Of a stretch of 64,000 nucleotides of DNA, positions 45,173 to 54,828 are shown one piece after another (the stretch's first letter is position 1; every line of letters begins with the position of its first letter). Below the pieces are notes generated by a model. The model worked only from the letters and a program-made list of their open reading frames with translations, was not told the DNA's origin and searched no databases. The translations under genes were made by a program, and so were the position numbers. Source of the DNA: a virus (Duplodnaviria; Caudoviricetes); IMG/VR virus record IMGVR_UViG_2898133256_000001, positions 28,812 to 92,811 of that record. One strand, given 5' to 3'.

Positions 45173-46962
45173 TGGGCACCTCCAGTCGCGCCGAAGCAGG
45201 AGCGATCCAGCCACTCGCGGGCGCCGCTCACCACCGTGAGACACGAGGTGATGCCGGGCAGGACGTCGGGCGTCGCTGCGAACGGGTCAGAGCTGGGCAG
45301 GAAGAACGTGGCGTCCTTCCCGGGAGCCAACGTGCCCTGGCGTGGCAGGAGTCGCGAGCGCGCGGCCTCTCTCGTGTACGCGCCCAGCGCCTGCCCCACG
45401 GCGATGGCCTCGTGGGGAAAGTACGGGTGGACGGCCGTCAGCATGATGTCCAGCCAGGGGTTGGGCGACACCGCGACGGATGTGTCCGTCGGGTCGCTGC
45501 CGAAGGCGTCCGTCCCCAGGGCGAGCCGCACGCCAGCGTCCAGCAGCGAGCGCATGGGCTCGGCGTGGGCGTAGAGCGCCGGCTCGTTGGCGGCGACCAT
45601 CATCGGCGGGAGCAACGCCAGGTGCGTCCCGTTCTGGACCCACCGGATGCCCAGCGCCGCCGCGCGCGCCACCTGGCCGGGGTTGGCCATGTCCCCGTGC
45701 TCGATGGTGACACGCTCGCTCCAGTCGACGTCCGGACGCTCCTCCAGCAGCCGCAGCGTCTGCTCAACACCAGCGTCGCCGATGGCATGGACCGCGAGGA
45801 GCCCGTTGCGCGTCAGCGTGTCGTCGAGCGCCCAGCGGAACTGGGCGTCCGTCAGGTTGCGGATGCCCAGCCCGGTGTTGGTGGGGAAGCCGTCCGGCAT
45901 GGCCGACGGGTTGAGGTAGGGGAGAGACACGAGCGCCGAGCTGGCCACGTGCGTCCCGTCGGCGAACACCTTGCGGCGGACCACGCCGTCCGGCCCCGGC
46001 GCGCAGAGCTTGCCGGCGCTCGTGATGATGCACACCGGCACCATGGCGGCAGGCCTGCTCATCCGCTCGTGGATGTACTCGCCACGGATGTCCCTGTAGA
46101 CGAACACGAAATCGGCGGTGGTGGTGATGCCCTTCGAGAGTCCGCCCACGTCATAGGCGTCGTGCTGCTGGATGTACTCGTCGTTGCTGATGCGGGAGGA
46201 CAAGGACTCCACTGCGGCGAGCACGGCGAACTCCTGGAGGATGCCGTTGTGGCGTCCCAGCGAGTCCCGGCCCGTCCAGCCTCCGTACGGGTCCGGCTGG
46301 AAGTCTCGGAGCCCGGACTCGAGGAGCGCCGTCGAGTTGACGGCCTGCGCGTGGCCGCTCCACTCCAACCCGTAGACGGGGTTGCTCGTGGTGAGCCCGT
46401 CCAGGTAGGCCCTGGCGGTGAGCCCCGCGGCGCGGAGCTGGGAGTAGAGCCCCGCGCCGTAGAAGAAGACGATGGGCTCACCCGGGGGCGCCGTCGCGGC
46501 GCGCGTCCCGACGAGCACGGTGATGTCCGCCAGCGTCGGCCCCGGACCAGGTGCCCACGTCGACGGGTGCGCGCCCACCGTCCAATCCTTCTTCGCGAGC
46601 ATGGCGACGTGGCTGTGCGCGTCCACCAACCCAGGCAGCACCACGCGGCCCCAGAGCCTGACGTTGTGGCGCAGCGGCCCGGCAGCCGCCTCCACCTGGG
46701 CGATGGTCCCGACGGTGACGACCTTGCCGTCTCGGACCAGCATGGCGCCGTGGAACACGGGCGCGTCCGTCTCGCCCGTCCAGATGCGGCCGTCGTAATA
46801 CACGACGTCGCGGTTGTGGCAGTACCCGGGCGCATCAGCTCCAGTGCAGAGGGGGATGCTCGGGCCGAGCTGGCTGCTCTCGGACTCCAGCGCCTCGGGC
46901 GCGTCCTGCACAGGGCCGCAGGCAACAGCGGCAGCAAACAACAGACACAGCAGTCTCATCAT
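45169..46962 (-). CDS. Amidohydrolase-3 (YtcJ/NfdA-like) lipoprotein
   Basis: FAAAVAC lipobox; PGLVDAHSH, KVFADG, VHAIGD, IEHG, LGTD, GTLAPGK.A. Confidence 0.88.
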   Translation of the reverse strand: MMRLLCLLFAAAVACGPVQDAPEALESESSQLGPSIPLCTGADAPGYCHNRDVVYYDGRIWTGETDAPVFHGAMLVRDGKVVTVGTIAQVEAAAGPLRHNVRLWGRVVLPGLVDAHSHVAMLAKKDWTVGAHPSTWAPGPGPTLADITVLVGTRAATAPPGEPIVFFYGAGLYSQLRAAGLTARAYLDGLTTSNPVYGLEWSGHAQAVNSTALLESGLRDFQPDPYGGWTGRDSLGRHNGILQEFAVLAAVESLSSRISNDEYIQQHDAYDVGGLSKGITTTADFVFVYRDIRGEYIHERMSRPAAMVPVCIITSAGKLCAPGPDGVVRRKVFADGTHVASSALVSLPYLNPSAMPDGFPTNTGLGIRNLTDAQFRWALDDTLTRNGLLAVHAIGDAGVEQTLRLLEERPDVDWSERVTIEHGDMANPGQVARAAALGIRWVQNGTHLALLPPMMVAANEPALYAHAEPMRSLLDAGVRLALGTDAFGSDPTDTSVAVSPNPWLDIMLTAVHPYFPHEAIAVGQALGAYTREAARSRLLPRQGTLAPGKDATFFLPSSDPFAATPDVLPGITSCLTVVSGAREWLDRSCFGATGGAQ

Positions 46963-47059
46963 TTCGGGGGGACCTCTGGGCGTAGGGGTAGTGGGCCCGC
47001 TGTCCGAGACATTCGGACCGGGCCGGTGTGCGTGCGTGTTGTGGGGGGAATCGGTGGTG

Positions 47060-47326
47060 CTACGGCTGGGCCCTGCACTCCGTGAGCGCCTTCACCGCAG
47101 CGCTCTGCTCAGCGAAGGCCGCCATGACTGCGGCATGGGCGCGCTCGGCGTCCGCGCTCGCGGGGTCCGCCGCGTGCGCCTTGGTGCTCTGCTCAGTGGC
47201 CTTGCGGACCTTCGCCTTCGCCTCCTGCTCGCGGGTGGTCTCCGCGGCGCAGGACGTTTCGGCGCCGATGGCGCTGTCCGAGCACGCGGCCAACAGGGAC
47301 AGCGACAACAACAGACACAACTTCAT
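47060..47326 (-). CDS. Small lipoprotein
   Basis: MKLCLLLSLSLLAAC lipobox; GAGG RBS. Confidence 0.65.
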   Translation of the reverse strand: MKLCLLLSLSLLAACSDSAIGAETSCAAETTREQEAKAKVRKATEQSTKAHAADPASADAERAHAAVMAAFAEQSAAVKALTECRAQP

Positions 47327-47436
47327 GGGGACACCTCGGGCATGACGGGGGTGTGCTCGCCACCTGGGGAATTCCAGGTCAAGCTGGTGCTCGTGCTGGT
47401 TGGAGAGGGGTTGCTACGGCTGCGACAGCGTGTGCT

Positions 47437-47970
47437 TCAGGGGTCGGTGCGCCCGCCGGCGCCAGGCACCCGCGGCGTGGCCATCTTGCAGCTCAGGCGC
47501 TGGTAGGCCATGGCCACGTAGTTGGCGGCGTCGGCAAGCGCGGCGCCGACGACGGCCTCGTCAGCGCCGTGCGAAACGAAGTCAAAGGCCTTGTCGAGCT
47601 TCCGCCCGGCCTGGTGAATCAGCTCGACACCGCCGGCCTGCATCCAGGTCTCCCCGGGACCGCGTTCGGCCACCTTGGCATCGAGCCGCGCCTGCATGTG
47701 GTCGACGAACGGTTGCAGGTGCTGCCACTTCATCGGGTCTCGCGCGTCCCCGCTCACCGGCCCGAGGCGCACGCGCTCCAGTGAGTAGCCGCCGCTGATG
47801 CCCTCCACCATGATGACGGCGCTGTGCCCACCGAGTACCCACGGCTCACTGCGCGTCTTCGTTCTCACCTCTTCGCCGTTGTCGCGCGTGACGACCACCT
47901 GCGTGCCAATGGGGTGCTTCCACGCGGCGACTTCTTCCTCGGCCTTCTTCTTCTGCGCCTCCAACGACAT
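47437..47970 (-). CDS. Hypothetical phage protein
   Basis: AGGAGG RBS; HPIGTQV...TRSEPWVLGGHSAVIMVEG. Confidence 0.65.
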   Translation of the reverse strand: MSLEAQKKKAEEEVAAWKHPIGTQVVVTRDNGEEVRTKTRSEPWVLGGHSAVIMVEGISGGYSLERVRLGPVSGDARDPMKWQHLQPFVDHMQARLDAKVAERGPGETWMQAGGVELIHQAGRKLDKAFDFVSHGADEAVVGAALADAANYVAMAYQRLSCKMATPRVPGAGGRTDP

Positions 47971-48140
47971 GATTCCTCCTTGGTGATGCTGCTGGTGCTG
48001 CGGAAAGGCGCGCCGCTCGGGAGCACGGGGGGAAGACTCCCGAGCGGCACGTGGCGCGGTGTCGAGCGCCGTGAAAGGCCCCGTCGACTGCACGGGGTGC
48101 GCGGGGAGGCTGGGCCGAGCCTCAGCGCCGCGCGTGCTGC

Positions 48141-48743
48141 TCAGAACGGGATGTTGTCGTCGTCACCCGGGGGCGGGACGTCGTCCTGGTACGCGCCGCC
48201 CCGGCTGCCGGATGGCGCGGACCGGTTGCCGCCGCGCTGCTGGGACGGAGGGGGAGCCCCCCGGTGCGGCTGCGTGCCGCGCTGTTGCTGCGGGGCCGGC
48301 GTGCTGCGCGGGCCAGTACCCTGTTCCAGCGCGAGGATGCGCCTCCGCATCTGCTGGGCGAAGGTGCGCGCCTGGGTCGGCTCCATCTGCTGCTTGAGTG
48401 CGACGCCGCTGCCCATCGAGTTGACCCACTTGACCTTCGGCCGCGTCTCATTCCGGTAGGTCTCGTTCTCGATGACGAGGATGACTTCGTAGGTGTCGAC
48501 GCCCGTCAGGTCCGACACGTCATCGCCCTGCCACCCGCACGCGCGGAGTCCCTTGATTGTGTGTTCGAGGGACGCATCGCCGAAGAACCCGAACCAGGTG
48601 ATGGACTGCCCCACGTAGTGCTCGCTGCCGTCGTTTCCGAGCAGTTGGAACTCAACCGCCACCTGCTCAGCTCCGGTGCCTGCCACACCCAGCGCGCCCT
48701 GCACACCGCGAGCGCGGTACTTCCCATTGGCCAATTCCAGCAT
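48141..48743 (-). CDS. Phage single-stranded DNA-binding protein (DUF669-like)
   Basis: GKYRAR...ETYRNETRPKV; acidic DDDNIPF tail; next to Sak4-like ATPase. Confidence 0.8.
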   Translation of the reverse strand: MLELANGKYRARGVQGALGVAGTGAEQVAVEFQLLGNDGSEHYVGQSITWFGFFGDASLEHTIKGLRACGWQGDDVSDLTGVDTYEVILVIENETYRNETRPKVKWVNSMGSGVALKQQMEPTQARTFAQQMRRRILALEQGTGPRSTPAPQQQRGTQPHRGAPPPSQQRGGNRSAPSGSRGGAYQDDVPPPGDDDNIPF

Positions 48744-48744
48744 G

Positions 48745-49731
48745 TCAGTTCTCCACCTCGCCCAGGCGGGCGTTGCACCAGTCGTTGAGCTTCGCCAACT
48801 TCACCGCGTCACCCCCCGCCCGCTCGATGGCGGACAGGGCGTTGCGCTTGTGCTCCTCGGGGAGCCGCTCCGCCTTCTCGCGGATGGCCGCCTCCAGCGC
48901 CTTCGGGTCCGCAGGCCGCTGTGCCTCCAGCGCCGCCGCGAAGTCCTCCCACGAGAGGGGCATGGATTCCGGGAGATTCCCCCGGTTCTTCGCGTCGTAG
49001 GCCGCCGTGCGCGTCGTGTAGACGAGGCGGGCACCCGTCGAGACACCGCGCACTCGCTTCGTCTTCGAGTCCTTCGCGGCGAAGGTTTCGTAGTTGGAGA
49101 AGAGGACGTGTTCGCTCCACTCCTTGATGAGCCCCGCCGCCTTGGCGTGGAGCTTCATCTCGTAGCGGTCGAAGTCCTCCCCCTCGGGATTTTTGAAGGG
49201 GCGAATCTGTGAGTGCGCGAGCAGGATGATGTTCATCCCCTTCGCGCGGCGGAGCCTGTCGAGGGCCGCCAGGAAGACGCGCCACTCGTCGAGTGCCGCC
49301 GTGTAGCCCTTCCCGTACCCATACGCTTCGATGTCAGTGACGCCGTCCCGCTGGCAGATGTGGGCCCAGAGCAGCGGCTCCGCCCAGTCGAGCGTGTCCA
49401 CGACGAGGGTGCGGTACTCGTGGCTGTCTGTCGTCAGCACGCGCACCGCGTCCAGAATCTCCTGCCACGTCTTCGGAGACGGGAAGCGCGCCACGTCAAT
49501 GTGATTCGTCCCGTCCTCCGCTTCCAGGAAGATGGGGGCCGGGGCGTTTGCTCCGAAGGTGGACTTGCCGATGCCTTCCACGCCGTACAGGACGATGCGG
49601 CTCGGGGTCTCCCTCTTGCCGCGCACCACCGCGCCCAACGTCATGCGCGACGGCTCCACCGGAGCCGGCGGACGGTGCGGAGGGCCACTGCCGCGGGGTG
49701 GGGGACTGCTACCTCTAGGTGCATTCATCAT
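48745..49731 (-). CDS. Sak4-like / AAA_24 phage recombination ATPase
   Basis: LYGVEGIGKST, TLVVDTLDW, GYGKGY, AYDAKNR. Confidence 0.88.
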   Translation of the reverse strand: MMNAPRGSSPPPRGSGPPHRPPAPVEPSRMTLGAVVRGKRETPSRIVLYGVEGIGKSTFGANAPAPIFLEAEDGTNHIDVARFPSPKTWQEILDAVRVLTTDSHEYRTLVVDTLDWAEPLLWAHICQRDGVTDIEAYGYGKGYTAALDEWRVFLAALDRLRRAKGMNIILLAHSQIRPFKNPEGEDFDRYEMKLHAKAAGLIKEWSEHVLFSNYETFAAKDSKTKRVRGVSTGARLVYTTRTAAYDAKNRGNLPESMPLSWEDFAAALEAQRPADPKALEAAIREKAERLPEEHKRNALSAIERAGGDAVKLAKLNDWCNARLGEVEN

Positions 49732-49763
49732 CGGTCTCCTCTTTCGACCGTGGGTGGGACAGC

Positions 49764-50729
49764 TCAGGGGTGCTGCAGCTCCGGATGGACGACGTCGGAG
49801 CGGGTGAAGCGGGTGGCGTCGTCGAGGCTGGCCTCGCCAGAGCAGACGCCGAAGAAGGCGCACGTCCGGCCGTAGCGGAGGCACGCGTCGGGGTTGCGCG
49901 GCGCCCGGCCCGTCAACTCCGCCTCGCGGAGCTGCTGGCCCAGCTGCCACACGTCGCTGAGGGCCTCGTCTACCTCGCCCTCAAGGCGCACCACCTCTCC
50001 GCGCTGGTAGTAGCGGTGCGGCTCGCTGGCGATGGCCTCCACCAGCCGGGCTCGGTACTCCTCGGACGTCTCGTCCGCCTCGCGCTGGCCGGCGTAGAGC
50101 GCCCCGTCCTTGCGGTACTTCCGCGCGTCGGGCGGCGTGGCCTTCGCGGGCCGAAGTCCGGGCTTGGACAGGACGTCGTAGAGGCAGCCGTCCACCTCGT
50201 AGCCCAGAGCATTCGCGCCCTCGAAGTAGACGGACACCTGGCCGTCCATGCGCAGCCGCTTCCAGTAGTCGCTGCCCGGCCCGACGTCCTCGCTGCTCGT
50301 CTTGTGCTCCACCAACAGGGTGCGTCCGTCGCGCATGTCGCGCACGACGGCGTCCAGCTTCCCCGCGAGCCGCCACGTCCGGGATGTCTGTCCGGTGGTG
50401 GGGTTGCGGAGCGGCGCCTCGAAGGCTGCCTCCACCGCCAGCACCTCGTACTGCTCGGACTGCCACCTGTAGTGGTAGCCGCGGAGCATCTCCGCGGCGC
50501 GCACCTGCTCGAAGCCGTCCGCGTCGCTCTGCATGGCTTCAAGCGCCGCCGTCAGCCTGTCCTCGCCCGTGGCGCGCCACCATGCCTCCAGGCCGAAGTG
50601 CACCATGGTGCCGAAGCGCAGCACCCCGGCGTCCTCGAGCGGCCGATACCCCTCGCCGTAGCGCAGGCGGTGCAGCCGCTGGCACGCCCGCGCGTCCTTG
50701 AGACGGCTGGCGGTAAGGAGATTGGACAT
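49764..50729 (-). CDS. PD-(D/E)XK exonuclease (Cas4/RecE-like)
   Basis: AC....RY, FGTMVH, GKLDAVV..LVEHKT, QVSVY, C..YGRTCAF..VC. Confidence 0.88.
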   Translation of the reverse strand: MSNLLTASRLKDARACQRLHRLRYGEGYRPLEDAGVLRFGTMVHFGLEAWWRATGEDRLTAALEAMQSDADGFEQVRAAEMLRGYHYRWQSEQYEVLAVEAAFEAPLRNPTTGQTSRTWRLAGKLDAVVRDMRDGRTLLVEHKTSSEDVGPGSDYWKRLRMDGQVSVYFEGANALGYEVDGCLYDVLSKPGLRPAKATPPDARKYRKDGALYAGQREADETSEEYRARLVEAIASEPHRYYQRGEVVRLEGEVDEALSDVWQLGQQLREAELTGRAPRNPDACLRYGRTCAFFGVCSGEASLDDATRFTRSDVVHPELQHP

Positions 50730-50824
50730 CCGGGCACAGGAACTCATGGTGGACCTCTGAGGTACTGAATCGAAGGACACGACCTCTGACGTAGATGACT
50801 ATGAACTAGACGTCTGACATTGAG

Positions 50825-51172
50825 TTACGCGTGCGGGCCCGTCACCGCTTGCACCTGCTGCTCTCGCGCGTACCGCTCCTCGCGCTCAATCTCCGCCGCG
50901 AGGAACACTTGCTCGACGGCGAGCTGCGCGCGCTTGAGCCGCAGGCTCGTCAACGTGCCGTGGCACTCGCGCCACGTGGCCCGCGTCTCGTCACTGCCGT
51001 CCGGCGCGAGCAGCGCCACCGCGCGCTCGGCCTGCACCAGCGCTGCGTCTACCACCGCCTCCGCCTTGGCCAGCCGCTCCACCTCGTTGGCCAGGTGCTC
51101 CGTGTCCGTCTCCTCGCGGGCGTACCGCGCCAACGAGAGGAGGGAGGTGGTGACGTCGCCCAGGCAGGTCAC
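50825..51172 (-). CDS. Hypothetical protein
   Basis: Coupled early-operon ORF. Confidence 0.55.
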   Translation of the reverse strand: MTCLGDVTTSLLSLARYAREETDTEHLANEVERLAKAEAVVDAALVQAERAVALLAPDGSDETRATWRECHGTLTSLRLKRAQLAVEQVFLAAEIEREERYAREQQVQAVTGPHA

Positions 51173-51459
51173 GAAATCACCCCTGCCTTGCGGAGCGCGG
51201 CCGCGATGTCGCCAGCCACATCGGAGCCAGGGCGAACAGGCGTGCCGTTTTCAAGGAACGCGCGCACCGCCAGCAGCGCCCGCGCCATGTCCGGGGCGGC
51301 GGCGATGAGAGTCGCCGCGGAATCCGCCTCGGCTGGCGTCTGGTCGTCCGTGTAGAGCTGGGCGACTAGAGCACCGTCCGCGCGACGAATCGTCCAGTTG
51401 GACGCCTTCGGCATCACGCCCTGCGACCACGGCTGTTCGTGCGCCTTCGGCCTGCTCAT
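51169..51459 (-). CDS. Hypothetical phage protein
   Basis: H...PW...ATLIAAAPDM..AL motif common in phage early proteins. Confidence 0.65.
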   Translation of the reverse strand: MSRPKAHEQPWSQGVMPKASNWTIRRADGALVAQLYTDDQTPAEADSAATLIAAAPDMARALLAVRAFLENGTPVRPGSDVAGDIAAALRKAGVIS

Positions 51460-51770
51460 GATTTCACCGTGTCCAGCAACGCGCGGATGCCCTCGGCCCG
51501 CTTCGCAAGCGCCCTCTGGATGCCAGAGGGGACGCTGGGGATGGCGGCCCAGAGCTTGAGGTCCTGCGCGGCGTCGGAGAGCGCCTCCTCCAGCGTGCGC
51601 AGCCGCTCCAGCAGCGCGGTGCCGGGGTGGGGCTGGGCGAGCAGCTGGTCCAGGGACTCCGCAACGTCCTTGTGGTGGTAGCGGTTGGCCCAGCGCAGCA
51701 CCTGCCGCAGCTCGGCCAGCAACGCCGCGTTGTCGGCCTCGGCGGCCTTGAGGTTTCGCGCGGTGGCCAT
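51456..51770 (-). CDS. Hypothetical protein
   Basis: Coupled early-operon ORF. Confidence 0.6.
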   Translation of the reverse strand: MATARNLKAAEADNAALLAELRQVLRWANRYHHKDVAESLDQLLAQPHPGTALLERLRTLEEALSDAAQDLKLWAAIPSVPSGIQRALAKRAEGIRALLDTVKS

Positions 51771-52172
51771 CTACGCGGCTTCCTGCGCCAGTGACTCCTG
51801 CTCCATCGCCTCGGCCAGGTCGCCGTTGGGCTCGTCGTCACGGGCCGGGCGCAGGCGCTCCATGTTGGACAAGGAGCGCTCCCACTTCGCCTTCGCGACC
51901 CGAGAGCCACACGCGCTCGCCTCCGTGCCGACCCAGTGCCACTGGGCGATGTTGCCCACGGTGATGAGCCACAGGTAGCGGGCCGTGTCCTCCGCCTTGG
52001 CCAGGAACTGGGTCTCGCGCTCCCGCGCCTCACGGGCAGCCTTCGACGTGCGACCCCGCGAGTCCCGTCCCTCGGCGACAGCGGCTTCCTTCGCACGCGC
52101 CTCACTGGCCGCCTGTCCGGCCCACATCCGGTACATGTTCGCGCCGTAGAGCTCCGCTTCCTCGTACGTCAT
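51771..52172 (-). CDS. Hypothetical protein
   Basis: GAGG RBS, ATGA overlap. Confidence 0.55.
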   Translation of the reverse strand: MTYEEAELYGANMYRMWAGQAASEARAKEAAVAEGRDSRGRTSKAAREARERETQFLAKAEDTARYLWLITVGNIAQWHWVGTEASACGSRVAKAKWERSLSNMERLRPARDDEPNGDLAEAMEQESLAQEAA

Positions 52173-52687
52173 GACGACACCTCTTCGGACTGCGTGGTGG
52201 TGGACTTCGAGACACAGCTGCGACGGCTGCCGTCGCACTGCGAGAGACGGCGACCGCAGGCGCAAAACGGCTCCAGCCAGGTGACATCTCCCTCCACCAG
52301 CGATGCCCGGTCCGTCAGCGCGGAGGCGCAGCACCAGCCCCCGTAGGCCGCGACGGGAGTGCACCCGCAGCCGAGTGGGCAGATAGCGACGGCGGACGGC
52401 TGGACCTGCTTGGTGGCGCGGAGCCACGCCCACACCTCGTCGGCCGCGCCGGTGAAGGCGACCTCGCCCGACTTGGCGACGACGTCGTGCTTCCCGTGCT
52501 CGGCAGGGCAGTGCTGGTAGCCCAGCACCTCGAGCAGCTCCGTCAGCGAGCACTCGCCCTCGGCGCGGGCCAGGGCGCGGCGGAGAGCCGGCGCGTCCGC
52601 CGCGCGGTGCGGACGGGACTCGACAGACGCCACGAGGGCACGGCAGGCGATGAGGGACTCTCTCCGCGTGAGGACCAGGTGGCTCAT
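52169..52687 (-). CDS. Cys-rich hypothetical protein
   Basis: ATGA overlap; CPLGCGC, CACG..CDG. Confidence 0.55.
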   Translation of the reverse strand: MSHLVLTRRESLIACRALVASVESRPHRAADAPALRRALARAEGECSLTELLEVLGYQHCPAEHGKHDVVAKSGEVAFTGAADEVWAWLRATKQVQPSAVAICPLGCGCTPVAAYGGWCCASALTDRASLVEGDVTWLEPFCACGRRLSQCDGSRRSCVSKSTTTQSEEVSS

Positions 52688-53016
52688 GGCGCAACCACGC
52701 GGGCGCATCCGATGCGATGGAGCACCTCCGCATCCAGTTCGTGCCACTCCAACGGATACGCGGGCAGACGGAGGCGCAACTCTCCCCCGACCCTCGCGTA
52801 GCCGCGCACCTCGCCACCGGCCGGCCTGGAGATGACGTGCACCCACGTCACCATGCCGTCAGCGTCGGCGGCGTTGCCACCGCAGACGCCGGAGTCGCGA
52901 TGCCCGCTCGACCTCACCGGCGTATCCACCAGGAGATAGAGGCGCCCGTCATCGAACGCCCTGGGGACCTCGCTCGCCTCGTCGCTCAACTCGAGGACCA
53001 TCTGGGTCTGAGTCAT
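52684..53016 (-). CDS. Hypothetical protein
   Basis: ATGA overlap. Confidence 0.55.
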   Translation of the reverse strand: MTQTQMVLELSDEASEVPRAFDDGRLYLLVDTPVRSSGHRDSGVCGGNAADADGMVTWVHVISRPAGGEVRGYARVGGELRLRLPAYPLEWHELDAEVLHRIGCARVVAP

Positions 53017-53525
53017 CGCGCCACCCCGCGGCCGAGCGGGCGGTGGGCGCGGTACCAGCGGCGCCACGCGGGGTAGGCCGAACGCCAGCCGAAGGCAACG
53101 AGGCCCACGGCGCCGAAGGCCAGCGACAGGCCGGCGAGCCCGAGCCAGGGAAGCAGCGTCCGGAGCTGCGCCGCCCTGGGCGAGCACTCGACACGCACGG
53201 GCTCGCGGCCCTCGGCGGCGGCCTTCTCGGCCTCGCGGGTAGAAATGGAGTCCAGCTCCGCGCCCACCAGGAGCGTGCCGATGGACACCGAGAGCCCGCC
53301 CACCTGCACGAGCGTCTCCACCAGCGGCGCAGCGCCCAGCGTGGGCCCGTGCTGCGCCGCGACGGCGCCGAGCAGCAGCGCGGCGTAGACGGCTCTCTCC
53401 ACCATCCAGGTGCGCACGCCCGCCTGGGAGGCGCGCGCCTCCAGGGCGAGCAGCGCGCGCCGGAGCCAGGGCCCCGGGTCCTGCCGCTCGTCGACAACAA
53501 GGTGCAGCTCCGCCAACAGGCTCAT
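53013..53525 (-). CDS. Hypothetical membrane protein
   Basis: GGAGG RBS; several hydrophobic segments. Confidence 0.6.
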   Translation of the reverse strand: MSLLAELHLVVDERQDPGPWLRRALLALEARASQAGVRTWMVERAVYAALLLGAVAAQHGPTLGAAPLVETLVQVGGLSVSIGTLLVGAELDSISTREAEKAAAEGREPVRVECSPRAAQLRTLLPWLGLAGLSLAFGAVGLVAFGWRSAYPAWRRWYRAHRPLGRGVAR

Positions 53526-53833
53526 GTTGAGCCTCCGTCAAAGGTGAGAGGGTTTGGCCGGGATGCGCTCCCGGTGGTGGGGCTACTTCGGCGGAGCGGC
53601 GCGGAACCGCTCGCACTGACACCCCGTCACGGCGCACTGCCGCAGCGAGGTTGCTCGGTGGTCTCCCAGCTCATGGGAGCAGCGGCACGGCGTCTCTGAC
53701 AACATGTCTTCGGGGCGGGGTGTCTTGCGGTCGCGCGGCATGCCGGCTCCTGAGAGAGGGGTTGGCCGGGATGGCTCCCGGCAGGCGTCTGCGCAGCGAC
53801 GGCGGTCAGTGGGCCAATTCGCTACTGCCGCTG

Positions 53834-54235
53834 CTAGCTCGCGTCGTGACCGCCGTCGGGCGGCGGGGTGGACTCCGCGTCGGCGTCATCCACCGTCCAC
53901 ATCGGAAGCGAGGCGCGGGGAACGAAGACCCATGCGCTCACGTAGGCCCCGTCATCCCCGACGGACACCGTGGGCTCCTTGTCGAAGTCGACGTCGTCGC
54001 TTCCGTACAAGTCCCTCGCGGCGTCCCGCGCTGCCTCGACGATTTCTTCGTCGTTGCCCGATTCCTCTTCGCCCTGGCGCAACGCGGCCAGCTGCGCTTG
54101 CTCGTAGAGGCCAGCCGGCCATGTAGCTGGAGTGCCGTGGTGCTCCAAGGACGCCAGCAGTGCCTCAAGCGCCGCCTTCGGCTCCGGGGGCGACTGCTTC
54201 GCCACATTGTTCGTCTCCACTGCGTCATTCGACAT
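53834..54235 (-). CDS. Acidic hypothetical protein, first gene of the leftward operon
   Basis: GGGG RBS; DDVDFD..PTVS..DDGAYVSAWVFV. Confidence 0.6.
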   Translation of the reverse strand: MSNDAVETNNVAKQSPPEPKAALEALLASLEHHGTPATWPAGLYEQAQLAALRQGEEESGNDEEIVEAARDAARDLYGSDDVDFDKEPTVSVGDDGAYVSAWVFVPRASLPMWTVDDADAESTPPPDGGHDAS

Positions 54236-54356
54236 TGCTTCCCCCGTGTTTGTCCTGCGTCCTGCCCTGCTCGACGTCCTCGGCACTCGTGTGCCTCGCT
54301 CCCGCCCGTCCGCCGTCCCTTCAGGGGCCCATGCCGCCGTCGCCCTACAAAGCGGA

Positions 54357-54417
54357 CAGTATCGACATGGTAATACTGAGTCAAGCTTAAGTATTTCTTT
54401 AAGCGACGTGGTAATAC
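54357..54417. promoter_or_regulatory. Divergent promoter/operator region (genetic switch)
   Basis: AT-rich; direct repeats CGAC(A/G)TGGTAATAC at 54363 and 54404; CAGTAT-N10-ATACTG. Confidence 0.65.
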
Positions 54418-54426
54418 CTTGTCGAA

Positions 54427-54828
54427 GTGCGTGTGGGTCTTGGCACACCGCCTGCGGGCGAGATAGGAGGCACCTTGAGGAAGAGAACTGGGACTGGGAG
54501 GGCCACTGTGATTCCGGGGAAGCGGTCGCCGAAGCCATCCGGCGCGAAGAAGCGAGTCGTGACGTTCAAGCCGGACGAGGACGTCGCCGAGTACATCGAC
54601 GCGATGGTCGCCTCTGAGGACAGTCAGACCGAGGTCATCCAGACATCCATCCGCATCGTCCGGGACTTGGCGGCGGGGCTTGGAGTTGAGAGATGGGCCG
54701 AGTTGGTGAAGCGCGCCACCGTCGGAGCTGTGACGGAAGGCGTCATCGCTGCGGAGCTCTTGGCGCTAGCCCTCGACGCCGACCGGCTGACGGGGCACGA
54801 GCCGCCGAAGAAAGGTTCGAAGAAATGA
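54427..54828 (+). CDS. Probable repressor, ribbon-helix-helix type (start uncertain)
   Basis: KRVVTFKPDEDVAEYIDAM...SQTEVIQTSIR; divergent from the early operon. Confidence 0.6.
   Translation: MRVGLGTPPAGEIGGTLRKRTGTGRATVIPGKRSPKPSGAKKRVVTFKPDEDVAEYIDAMVASEDSQTEVIQTSIRIVRDLAAGLGVERWAELVKRATVGAVTEGVIAAELLALALDADRLTGHEPPKKGSKK

Noticed and set aside
42318-47085. Long plus-strand ORFs 42318-44072 and 45412-47085
   Set aside because: Antisense shadows of coupled minus-strand genes
49764-50729. Cas4 as part of a CRISPR system
   Set aside because: No repeat-spacer array or other cas genes; context is a Sak4/SSB recombination module
54363-54417. Shared TGGTAA between switch repeats and ATPase operator as cross-regulation
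   Set aside because: Only 6 bp in common, in different arrangements; here it is probably an extended -10 (TGnTAATAC)
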